Virus record (IMG/VR): IMGVR_UViG_3300021426_000072
Span: 63,248-127,247 of that record
From: a virus
Lineage: Duplodnaviria > Caudoviricetes
Strand: one strand, 5' to 3'
DNA length: 64,000 bases
Made by a program: the position numbers and the translations under genes. The notes under the pieces are model-generated. The model did no database searches. It was given only the letters and a program-made list of their open reading frames with translations, and had not been told where the DNA came from. Shown here piece after piece: positions 10,405-20,408 of this stretch (within the stretch, counting starts at the first letter, position 1; every line of letters starts with the position of its first letter).

Positions 10405-13400
10405 ATGGCGAAGATGTCTGACATAAGTGACATGATGTACGAACATGGTTTCCACGATGGATACCAAAAAGCATTAAGAGAACTGAAGTTGGAACCACCG
10501 AAAGACCTTCTCGACATGAGCGATGAAGCAAAGGTAAAGACAATCATTCCGAAGCTCAAAGGATTGAAGAAGTACATCCAGGATGAAAAAGAACAAATGA
10601 TCCTTACGGATGCCATGTTCCTTATCAAAATGTGGTTTGAACGGATTCCAAAGAAGGGTGCGTGGATTTTTACGGGTCAGAAGAACGCATACGGGGGAAT
10701 CGTGATTGAGTGCCCATTCTGCGAGGACAAATATGCAGTAGCGACTCCGCTTTCCGAACACTTCTGTCGGAACTGCGGAGCGAAACTGATGGACTAAATA
10801 GGAGAATAACGCACCAATGAAATTGCCAATTGTATTTAATCCGATGCCTGTTGGTGAGGTTTTGAAATACCTTGAAGAGTTGATGAATCGCCGGGTATTG
10901 TCCGACGAATGGACGGACTTGATCGACAGAGCAAGCGAACTGCTGAAAGAGAAAACCGAGGATGCCGTAGAGAGAGCAACGGCAGGAGTACAACCAACGG
11001 CATATTGGGTAGAACCGGAAGGCACAGGGCATTGTTCAAACTGCGGATGCGACAGGCCGAGTTTTATCAGCGGTTCTGAATGGGACACGGTAAGCACGAA
11101 ATACTGTCCAAACTGCGGTGCGAAAATGGTACAGGACGGTGACGGGAAATGACAATCAGGGAAGAAGGATATGTGGAAGGGTATCGTGATGGATATTCCA
11201 AACGGGATGAGGAAATCGTGAGGTGCAAGGATTGCAAAGCATGGAAACAGTACGATGATTTGAATCTTGGTGGATGTGAATTGTTCCCAGAATATAACAA
11301 AATTGGTGATTGGTTCTGCAACTTTGGTGAACGGAAGGACGGTGACGGGGATGGCTGAAGTTGAGAACGTAATCAAGGCGTGGAATTGTTGCAACCCATT
11401 TAACCGGAAGTGCAAGGAATGTCCGTATGAAAAGGATTGCTATCATGACGGAATATCAAGACACATGGTCGCAGATGCCATTGAACTGCTGAAATCCAAA
11501 CAGGCAGAGATCGAACGGCTGATAGACATGAACGGAGAACTTATAAAGTTGAACGGCATGGACATTTAGTTCGTTAAAGGAGCGAATGTGGAATGATTTA
11601 TTCCGTTAATTTCAACAATAGAATGAATGCTTTTGCAGGTGGTAGAAAATCACGCAGAAAAGCGAGATGGAAGAAGAAAATGATGCGTTATCTCAGCCGG
11701 AATTACATGTTTGTTTTCTTCAGCTAATTTATTAAAGGAGCGTTTTAGGATAAGGTTTTTGTATGACAAAAAAATCAAAAGATTTTATTCCGCTTTCATT
11801 TGAAAATGCGAAACGTCTTTTAATAAAAGATGAATATGCGTGGCTAAGAGTCACTTATTTTTCTTTTGGAAATAGTTCAAAAATATATCATCTTCGTATC
11901 GATGAAGTTTGCAATGAAGGTATTAGGGTAGATGTAATAAAAGGAACTCATGCGTTACCTTACAACACTTATGGAGAATGCTGGCAAATATATAAGGAAA
12001 GTAGGTAAACTATGGAAGACGAGAAAAATAAGGAAGAACAGTTTGATATTCGAATAGAGAAAGTAACATATGTTTTGCATGGTGAAAATAATTATGTGCC
12101 TGACCCATGTAAAACATGTGCAAACCACCCTGACAATGGAGGAAGTGGAATTTGTAACTGTATTCTTCCGATTATAAACCAAGTAACTTAACAAAGAAAG
12201 AAATTGAATATGAATATCGTGGAAATTTCAACAGATAAACAATGTCCGTTTTGTGGTTGTAAAAAGAATTATCTTTCGTGCAAATCTTCGAAGTATTCAA
12301 AAACGGAAGGTTTTGAAAAGCATAAATGGTATGTAAGATGTTCTAATTGTAAAGCAACTGGTGGTAATGCGACCGGAATTGTTGCAGTAAAAAAGATTGG
12401 AGAACTTCCATCTTTTTGTACGACAGACAAAGTGTTGAAAAGAAAAGCTATAGATAAGTGGACTGTTAAATTTAATAATAATAAGGAGCAGCAATATGAA
12501 TTATGAACTTAACCTGCTTGTTCAAAAATTAAACTCTTGGTCTACCTCATCTATTCTTGCAACGGGATGCAGAGTAACGCTTGCTAAAGCAGCGGATGTT
12601 ATTAAAGAGCAGGATGAAAAAATAACTGAACTTGAACAAAAAAATATTCAGTTAATTAAAGAGTACAACGAGTTGGTACATAGAAAAGAAGGAGTTAGTG
12701 AAACGTTATTATGTCACCTCTTAGAAGAATAACGGGAGATTTGCATATGTCGGTGGACGAATGGCACAGAATGGAAAAGAAACGTTATTATGCAAAAAAA
12801 ATAGAATCGATTATTATTTTTATAGGTCTTATTGCGATATTCGGATATCTTTTCTGCATTCTGTTTAAATAAAAAAACAGACAAAGGAAATATATATGAA
12901 TTATTTAGACTTATTCTTTTCTCAAAAGCTTGCTATTTCTATGGAAGGTTCTACTGCTGAAGAACGCAATAAAATAAATGTCCTATTGGCAGAATATCCT
13001 AATAAAGGGGATAAGTATTTTCCTACGGCGTTTTCGGAATTTAATGAGTATGCTTTTGGAAATGCGATTGTAGGATTTTTTAGTCATCCTTTTTTAACAT
13101 ACGTAACAAAAGAATCTACTACAGGTTTATGGTATAGACAATATCAAATAGTAACAACGAAAGAGTTTTTGTCTTTTGAATTCGAAAACGTTAGTTTAAA
13201 AGAAATATCTGAAAGTGACATGTTTGAAATTTTTAAAGAAGGTGTTTAAATTTGGAAAACATTACTCGGTGTCCTTATTGTAAGGGCGCTGTTGAAGTAA
13301 TTAAACTTATCAGAAAACCAGGAGAAGAATTTCAACCGTATAGAATCCAATGTCTAAAGTGTAAAGCTTGTGTTGCTCGTGGGCAAAAGTTTCCCAATGA

Positions 13401-13479
13401 AACTAAAGAGCAGGGCGAACAAAGAATCAAAGAATATAATGCCGAAATGAAAAGAATCTTTTCTCAAAACAGGGCGTAA
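10405..13479 (+). other. Cluster of small Cys-rich/zinc-ribbon hypothetical genes
   Basis: Consecutive short + strand ORFs with CxxC pairs (CRNCGAK, CPNCGAK, RCKDC...WFC). Confidence 0.6.
12204..12506 (+). CDS. Lar (restriction alleviation)-like zinc-ribbon protein
   Basis: CPFCG...VRCSNC...AIDKW pattern. Confidence 0.5.
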   Translation: MNMNIVEISTDKQCPFCGCKKNYLSCKSSKYSKTEGFEKHKWYVRCSNCKATGGNATGIVAVKKIGELPSFCTTDKVLKRKAIDKWTVKFNNNKEQQYEL

Positions 13480-13905
13480 AAGAAACGCAAATAAAGGTTA
13501 GTTGACTCGCCCTTCGTATACTCAGGGGATGCCGTGAAAAACATTTCTCTTTCACACTTTTATAAAATCCAACGCCCTTATAAAGAGAATGAGCTGTGGT
13601 ATATTAAAAGTTGAATTAAAGGATTTGTTTTTCAGGTTAAAAATATGCAACTTTTTGTATAAAAAATATTTTATGAACAACTTCGAGCCGTTGAAATACA
13701 AAGGTTTGAGGAGATTTTTTTGGTTTTAAGAATAAATATGCATGAAATAAAAATAATATGCAGATTTATTTAATAAATCAGTTTTTTAAAAAATGCAAAA
13801 ATTGTATAAATTTAAGTAAAATATACTTACAAAAAACGATAAGTATATTTATTTATATATTTTATCATAACAAACAACAGAAATTCCAAACGAAGGAGAA
13901 AGAAA

Positions 13906-14343
13906 ATGAATAAGTGTATTGTTTGTGGAAATCTTGCAATTGATCCGGTTTTAAGTAAACTGGAATACGTCAACAAAGAAACTGGAGAGATTCTTAACAC
14001 CAAGGTTTGCAATTTTACTATTGCGTGTGATGACGGCTTTGGGGAGTATAAGAATACTCAGTTCTTCCGTGTTGCCGTATGGCGTAAGCTTGGAGAAGCG
14101 TGTGCCAAGTATCTGAAGAAGGGCCATCAGGTTCTTGTTTCTGGCCCTGTGTTTCTGAATAACTACGTGGATAAGAGTAACAATCTGCGTTCTGTTATGG
14201 AAATTCGAGCTGATGAAATTCAGTTCCTGAATAACAAGAAACCGGGTGTTGTGACTCCAGACGAAAACAAAGAAGCAGAAGAGCCCGAGGCTGTAGAAGA
14301 AAATCCAAAGACAGAAGCTGTTCTGGATGACATGCCATATTAA
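13906..14343 (+). CDS. ssb: Single-stranded DNA-binding protein
   Basis: MNKCIVCGNL, FFRVAVWRKLGE, YLKKG, acidic tail ending DDMPY. Confidence 0.9.
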   Translation: MNKCIVCGNLAIDPVLSKLEYVNKETGEILNTKVCNFTIACDDGFGEYKNTQFFRVAVWRKLGEACAKYLKKGHQVLVSGPVFLNNYVDKSNNLRSVMEIRADEIQFLNNKKPGVVTPDENKEAEEPEAVEENPKTEAVLDDMPY

Positions 14344-15447
14344 GAAATTATCTAATTACCGATATGGGAGCAGGTTGTGATGGGGCTTGCTCCCTCTTTT
14401 TTCGGAGGTTAATATGACTATAAGATATTATGTTGAAGATACAGATACGTACTTTGATTCACCTGAAGATGCTGTAGAAGCTTGTATCGATTCTTCTTGG
14501 CACGAAGATGATACATATGATTTCAAAGATTGGGTTAATGAAAAGTATACGGCGTATGAAGTGTTGAATGATGAAGTCAGTCTTTCCAGTTTGCTTGAAG
14601 AATATTGCGAAGAGAAAAACGACGAAGATAGAGATGAAGCTCTTTGGGATTTGGATGGAGCAGAAAATGGATACGTTGTAGAAGTTCATGGCTCTTCTAT
14701 TAGAGTTGTAATTGAAGAAGAAACCATAGGTCAATCGATTGATATATGTCGTGAAATGATTGAACAACAGAAACAAAACGCCTTAAAAGAACAAGAAGAG
14801 CAAAAGAAAGATGATGATGTTTATCTCTGTGTTTTTCAGGAGGTAAAATAATGATTGCTTCTTTAACGGTAAGAAACGTCCAAAGTGAGAAGACGTTTGA
14901 TGAACTGTGCGCAAAACTAACCGAATACGATCTTGTTCGTTATGTTTTTGATGAAGGATCATACGATAGCAAAAGAAAGGAAGCCTATTTCTCTTCTTGG
15001 GAAGAAGAGAGTTGGCGATATTATCCAGCAGATATGCAAATTATTGCCGAAAGTTTTCCAAGTCTTGTTTTTGAATTGACTTGCCAAGCTGGTAATGATT
15101 ACTGGCGTGTTTATTATCAGGATATATCTAATGAAGTCTGCTTCGGAGAAGTTATATATCAAGCACCGGAAAAAATAAAGTGGGATGCTCTTGCCCCATT
15201 TTAATAAGAAAACATTATCATATATTACATGAGTTGAAACATGAAAGGATAATGCGTTTCGATGTTTGATGCAGAATTAATAAAACAAAGAATTTTAAAC
15301 TGTATGAATCCAGAGTATCCATGTGATAACTGTAGATATCGTAATAGTGGATGTGAGGAACATTTACTGTCTGATGCCGTATGCGTAATTTATGAATTAC
15401 AAACAGAAATAAATCAGCTAAAAGCAAGTGAACCGAAATAACTAATA

Positions 15448-15564
15448 GTATGGGTGGCGGAATATGTAGACGCTTAAAACGTAAGGCTTGTCGCCGTTAA
15501 CTAAAGTTCGACAGTTGCGTGACCGCAGTACTGCTATGTAAGGTGTAAATCCTTACCCCGTATT
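15448..15564 (+). ncRNA. tRNA-like RNA with the anticodon arm replaced by a long hairpin
   Basis: Acceptor GTATGGG/CCCGTAT; Leu-like D arm TGGCGGAATATGTAGACGC; T arm GTAAGG-TGTAAAT-CCTTAC; ~64-nt insert with no 7-nt anticodon loop. Confidence 0.6.
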
Positions 15565-15566
15565 AG

Positions 15567-15611
15567 TTAGGTACCAAAGTTTGAAGTCATTTAAAAAAAT
15601 GCATAATGGGA
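15567..15611 (+). promoter_or_regulatory. Conserved phage promoter-like motif, copy 2
   Basis: TTAGGTACCAAAGTTTGAAGTCATTTAAAAAAATGCATAATGGGA immediately before tRNA-Leu. Confidence 0.6.
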
Positions 15612-15614
15612 TAA

Positions 15615-15696
15615 GCGGATATGGTGAAATGGTAGACACTGAGGACTTAAAATCCTTTGGCTTTATGCCGTGAGGGTTCGAATCCCTCTATCCGCA
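15615..15696 (+). tRNA. tRNA-Leu(TAA)
   Basis: GCGGATA/TATCCGC acceptor; GAGGA-CTTAAAA-TCCTT anticodon arm; variable arm. Confidence 0.92.
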
Positions 15697-15710
15697 CTTA
15701 GGAGGCTTGT

Positions 15711-16028
15711 ATGGAAAAGAAAACATATTTCTTTATAACTGTTTTACAACGAATGAAAAAGGATAAACTTGGTTGGCCTGATACTGGAGCTACGCGGTGC
15801 TGGGGGTTTTATACAAATAAAGATACAGCAATCACAGCGCTTCATGAAAACTGGACGGATATGGAAGAAACGATTTACAAGTATGCCGTTCTGGAGGAGT
15901 ACGAAGAAGGAATATCCAATTTTACCGGTTACGAACAATGGTTTAAATTTGATGTTGAAAAAGACGGTTATTTTGAAATTGACAAACCTCCAGAGACAAA
16001 TCACTTTGCTGGATGGGCTTTTGGGTAA
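15711..16028 (+). CDS. Conserved phage hypothetical protein
   Basis: AGGAGG RBS; RCWGFY...ETIYKYAVLEEY pattern. Confidence 0.6.
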   Translation: MEKKTYFFITVLQRMKKDKLGWPDTGATRCWGFYTNKDTAITALHENWTDMEETIYKYAVLEEYEEGISNFTGYEQWFKFDVEKDGYFEIDKPPETNHFAGWAFG

Positions 16029-16080
16029 TCAAAAGAGAGAAGAAGCAGTTAATTACGTCAAACAACAAGGAGGAATAAAA

Positions 16081-16263
16081 ATGAAACATCTATACAACAA
16101 GCCTATGGCGGAGAAACTGGTATTCGATTATAGCGAAAACGTAGTGGCATCCACTAACAAACCTCATCATGGTGACATGGGAATTGGTCATGGAGGTGGC
16201 GGTGGTTGTGACCATAATCCCGGTCATGGAAGCCCTCATAAGCCTCATCCCGGAAAGCATTGA
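16081..16263 (+). CDS. 60-aa RiPP-precursor-like peptide with His/Gly-rich core
   Basis: AAGGAGG RBS; MKHLYNKPMAEKLVFDYSENVVAS leader (YxxP) followed by an H/G/P-rich tail. Confidence 0.55.
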   Translation: MKHLYNKPMAEKLVFDYSENVVASTNKPHHGDMGIGHGGGGGCDHNPGHGSPHKPHPGKH

Positions 16264-16464
16264 TGGAAAAAATAGAAGAAAACTACGTCCGTCGATACCT
16301 CATTGGTATTAGTTAGGACAAGATGGATGTTGGTTTTGCAAAAGTAAAAATAATTGCAGTTCTTGTAAAGCAAACAGAATTGCTGCAAAACAAGATAAGA
16401 AATTATTTAAACACAGAGACAAACAAAAATTATCAAAAGAAAATAATAAACAAGGAGAAAGAAA

Positions 16465-17247
16465 ATGGCTAATAAGAAGATCAAGGTAGAAGTTGAAACC
16501 AAGGAAGGAACTACTGAAACGATGGAGCTCCCTGAACGGGCAACAGAACGAATTGAAATCAAGAAAGTTCCTGTGGAAAAAGTGCGTATCAAGATCGTCG
16601 GAGATACTCCGCTTCTTGTTCACGCATGGTCTGAAAAGGTTAAGAAGCAGCTCCTCAATGATATGCAGATGACTAAACGTGAAAAGAAGGAAAAGGAACA
16701 CGAAAAGAAAGACCCGTTTGCAGACTTTGTTGAGGCTGCTTACTGGATTACTCCCATGCCGCAGGTGCGTGGTCTTGAACCCGAGAAACAGATCGAACTG
16801 TTTGAAAAGGCAATTACCGATGGTGCTCAGTTTGGCTTTCCTACAATTGCCTTCAAGAAAGCTGCTATTACCGCTTGCTATAGCGCAGGATACATTAAGA
16901 GTACGGCTCTTATGCGTCGGCTATTCCATGTGAACGCAGTTAACGGCGCACATATTGGATCGTCTCAGGAGCTTGCTATTATTAAGACGGAAGAACCGCC
17001 GGAACTGTCTGAAGACGTTGTAAAGGTTGGCCCTTTTAACAATCGTGTACCTGATCTTCGTTATCGTCCGTCTTTTCGTAAGTGGTCTGTTGAACTGGAA
17101 CTCAGTCTGATTAAGACAGGAATGTTTACAATGGAAGACGTTGTCAATGCAATTGATATGGGCGGTTTCATGAACGGCGTTGGCGAATGGCGCACTGAGA
17201 AAGACGGAGAATTTGGTAACTACCATGTTTATCGAGATGGGGAATAA
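16465..17247 (+). CDS. Stand-alone Cas7/RAMP-like protein
   Basis: RAMP-type motifs: IKIVGDTPLLVH (first beta strand), FGFPTIAFKKA (P..s.KG position), LRYRP-F-KWSVEL, and C-terminal G-rich loop GVGEWRTEKDGEFG. Confidence 0.7.
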   Translation: MANKKIKVEVETKEGTTETMELPERATERIEIKKVPVEKVRIKIVGDTPLLVHAWSEKVKKQLLNDMQMTKREKKEKEHEKKDPFADFVEAAYWITPMPQVRGLEPEKQIELFEKAITDGAQFGFPTIAFKKAAITACYSAGYIKSTALMRRLFHVNAVNGAHIGSSQELAIIKTEEPPELSEDVVKVGPFNNRVPDLRYRPSFRKWSVELELSLIKTGMFTMEDVVNAIDMGGFMNGVGEWRTEKDGEFGNYHVYRDGE

Positions 17248-17249
17248 TT

Positions 17250-17741
17250 ATGGCAGCATTTGAATACAAATATCGGATTAACGGTATTGTGAAAGCGCCT
17301 GCGGAAGTAACAGGCGAGGTGTGTCAGAATATTATTAGTGAAGAAGGAACTGTTACTCCAAAAAAGTTGGTTGATGTAAGTAGACCTGAAGACGCTCCTC
17401 TTCACGATGAATTTGAGTGGAATGACGATATCGCTGCTGAAAAGTATCGTGAAGAACAGGCAAGACAGATTATTAAGAACATTGTTATCATTGAAGTGTC
17501 AGATGATGTTGATGAACCTAAAGAAGTAAAATGCTGGGTTAACAGTGACCGAGCGTTTGTTCCGACAGACACGAGGCAGCATGAATATGTAACAATAGAT
17601 ACAGCATTAAACAATGCTGACTGGCGTAATAATTTGATTGAGTCGGCAAAAAGAGACATGCTTTCATTTGTCCATAAATATAAGAGACTCGGAGAGTTAA
17701 ATAAAATTATCACCGATATGAGCGAATTCCTTGGTGCCTAA
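17250..17741 (+). CDS. Partner protein of the RAMP-like gene, function unknown
   Basis: Starts 3 nt after the RAMP stop; VTPKKLVDVSRPEDAPLHDEFEWNDDIAAEKYREEQARQII motif. Confidence 0.7.
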   Translation: MAAFEYKYRINGIVKAPAEVTGEVCQNIISEEGTVTPKKLVDVSRPEDAPLHDEFEWNDDIAAEKYREEQARQIIKNIVIIEVSDDVDEPKEVKCWVNSDRAFVPTDTRQHEYVTIDTALNNADWRNNLIESAKRDMLSFVHKYKRLGELNKIITDMSEFLGA

Positions 17742-17797
17742 AAGTTAGAAGACGCTATAAGATCTTTCGGAGTAGGTGAAAGGCCTGAATATGGTTA

Positions 17798-18245
17798 GGC
17801 AGCCGGGGTTGGCATAGTTGCGTTGAGTAATGTCGAAGAGGGGCAAGGTATGGCAGTCTTGGTCAGTTGAGTACTGTTACGTTCAGTCAGGTCACGTTGG
17901 GGATAGGCAGTCGTGGAGTGTAACGTCACGATAAGTTGTGGATCGGAAAGCGTTGGCAGTCTTGGTGCTGTTTGTTACGTTAAGACTAGTTCTGGATTTG
18001 CTTGTTTAGTTGCGGCAGTCTAGGTACGCTATGATGCGTACTGTTAAGCAGAGAATAGGCAGTCAAGGTAGTGCCTGTTGAGTTCCGAATTGGATGGTTA
18101 TGCTATGGCAGTCTAGGTGTGGACAGGAGGCGGTTTGTCTGCGTTGGTCCCGTTACGGCAGTCGAGGTTAGTTCCGTTATGCTACGACCAGTTGGTTTAT
18201 GGCAGTCATGGCGAGCTGTTGCAAGTAGAGCTGTGTTCTGACTCA
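17798..18245 (+). repeat. Non-canonical guide-like array: 9 units, repeat GGCAGTCNNGG, variable part with 5-nt periodic G
   Basis: Repeats start at 17798, 17852, 17906, 17955, 18014, 18058, 18107, 18157, 18201; unit lengths 54,54,49,59,44,49,50,44. Confidence 0.85.
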
Positions 18246-18704
18246 GAAAAGACTTTCAGGAAAGACTGAATGGCGGCTCGGAAAGACGAGCATTTTTAAT
18301 ATGGAGTGATTGTAAATGAAATATAGTAAAGTTTATAACGCAGATCGAACATTGAGAGAAGAAATAAATCATTTATTAACCCATGAACCTCGTAGTGAAA
18401 GTGAAATGTTCAACGAAAATGATCATCTTTCTATAAGTGTGCGTTATCTGGATGGCAAGGTTGTGGTTATTGAAGTTTGTGGCTGTGTTGACTACAAAGA
18501 AAATGAGTCCAACATTCCTTGGACACAAGGAATACTATATTCCAAAGAAGGATATGAATTAACTGTAACTGAACCCAGAGATGAGTTTTTTGGAGAATGG
18601 AATTTTGTTTACGATGACAATATTTACATCCTGAATGTAATTTAATCAATCAAACCTGAAATATATCAGCATTGGCTGTTTGTAATAAGATAGCTATGAC
18701 AGAT

Positions 18705-18778
18705 GGATCATTAGCTCAGCAGGTCAGAGCAGTCGGCTCATAACCGATCGGTCTATGGTTCGAATCCATAATGATCCA
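18705..18778 (+). tRNA. tRNA-CAT (probably Ile2, possibly elongator Met)
   Basis: GGATCAT/ATGATCC acceptor; GTCGG-CTCATAA-CCGAT anticodon arm resembling Bacillota Ile2 tRNAs. Confidence 0.88.
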
Positions 18779-19726
18779 CTAATTAGGAGGATAGCGACGA
18801 GGAATGAGTGAACCGCATATGTGTATAACTTGTCAGAATTATGAACCGTATCATTGTACACTGGACGATTCATATATTGGATATCTGTACTGTGGCACTC
18901 CAACGAAATGCAGAGGATGGAGATTGCATGAAAACTATAAAAAGGGTGGCAAGTTCTATAACAATAGACGGAAAACAGTTCGTTAAAGAAATAAACGATA
19001 GATAGGAGATTAGTAAATAAGAATGTTCAATGATGATGAATATGCCAACAAGAAAATAGAAAATGCCCGTAAGTTGCATTATCTTGAAGGACGAATGAGC
19101 GTGGGACTTGAGAAACTGCAACCCGGTGACGGAGCTATTCTTGTGCATCAATGGGTGTTTGATCTGCTCTCAACGATAGTCAGCTATCTTCTTGAGTTGA
19201 GAAGGTGGCAGAAAATCCACGATAACAATTTTTAAGTTACTCAAAAAGTAATTGAAAAAATAGGAGGATTGCGAATGAGCATGGCGTTAGTGAATAGGAT
19301 TTGTCCAAAGTGCAAGAATCCAAATTATATGGTTTTCCTTGGCGATTTTTCAGAAAGATATAAATACAAGTGCATGAATTGTAATAGGTACTTTAATGAT
19401 GCTGACTTTGAAGAACAGTTTCAGCCTGTTTTAAGAAGTAAGAACTATGTGATTGTAGATATGCCGATAGAACAGGCGAGAACGATCATCGGATTAGTCG
19501 AAGATACCGTAAACGATGGTGAGTTTGAAACGGTATGGATGGATGACCAGAAAGAGCATTTGAAAAACTTTTTGGCAAGATACAAGGATGTACGTTAATA
19601 CGCTAAAGGAGCATATGGCGTATCAAATTGTCGATAACTGAATTGGTAAAATATCCGTATGTTTGCTGGTACAACAAGTAATTGGCGGTTAAATTGATAC
19701 GGTATAATTTAATATACCGTAAATTA

Positions 19727-19825
19727 CGGGCGTTTCGTAACGGAAACGAGGCTGCGAAAAGATAATGCGTAAATCCATTGTCGAAGTATGAGCTGCGGTG
19801 GTTGGTTCGATTCCTGCCCGCTCGA
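19727..19825 (+). ncRNA. tRNA-like RNA with an expanded anticodon region
   Basis: CGGGCG/CGCTCG acceptor-like stem; D-like TCGT-AACGGAA-ACGA; T-loop GGTTCGATTCC; oversized middle; abuts tRNA-Thr. Confidence 0.5.
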
Positions 19826-19828
19826 TAT

Positions 19829-19901
19829 GCCGGTATAGCTCAATGGGCAGAGCAGTTGATTTGTAATCATCAGGTTTCCAGTTCGAGTCTGGATATCGGC
19901 T
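19829..19901 (+). tRNA. tRNA-Thr(TGT)
   Basis: GCCGGTA/TATCGGC acceptor; loop TTTGTAA; T arm TCCAG-TTCGAGT-CTGGA. Confidence 0.88.
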
Positions 19902-20408
19902 CTAGGAATGCTGCTGACTTAATATCGATTAATGGTCAGGTGAAGAGTGCTATCGAGAATAGTCTGGCGAAGCAAATTGTCAGATATTGAACCCCCTTCG
20001 CGCGTGAAACCAAGAATATTAAATGAGGGTCTTGAAAAAAACATCTTCAGCATTCCTTTTACATGGAGAATTACAGGTTAAAATCCTGTGTTCTCCGAAA
20101 TGAAGGTACATTCAGGGACGCCTGATATTGAAGTCCACCAAAGTCACAGATTGGCTCGTTCCTTGACCGGGCGAATAAGAAGGGCTCAGGTGCGCACGTA
20201 AACCATATATAGAAAATGAAATCTGAGTATATGATAAAAGGACTTCTACCTTCTAGAGACTGACCAAATAATCGGGATCTTATATATCACTCCTGCGGGT
20301 AGTAAATAAGGACGTGGCTACTGAATAAGTACACCTGAAAGAACAGGACAGGGGCGCAGGTCACGTATAAGATTTCTTAACAGCCCGCCCGGTGGCGCAG
20401 TCTCGTAT

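Noticed and set aside
10474-11415. 313-aa - strand ORF and other antisense ORFs across 1-58 kb
   Set aside because: Shadows of RBS-supported + strand genes, with no recognisable motifs.
13470-13580. Possible small RNA closed by GGGCGT/ACGCCC
   Set aside because: Only a short closing helix that overlaps a stop codon; too little support.
15769-16263. 164-aa ORF as annotated
   Set aside because: Its 5' part overlaps the 15711-16028 gene out of frame; the strong RBS supports a start at 16081.
17798-18245. Calling the array a canonical CRISPR array
   Set aside because: The constant part is only ~11 nt and non-palindromic, the variable parts have internal 5-nt periodicity, and no adaptation or processing cas genes are present.
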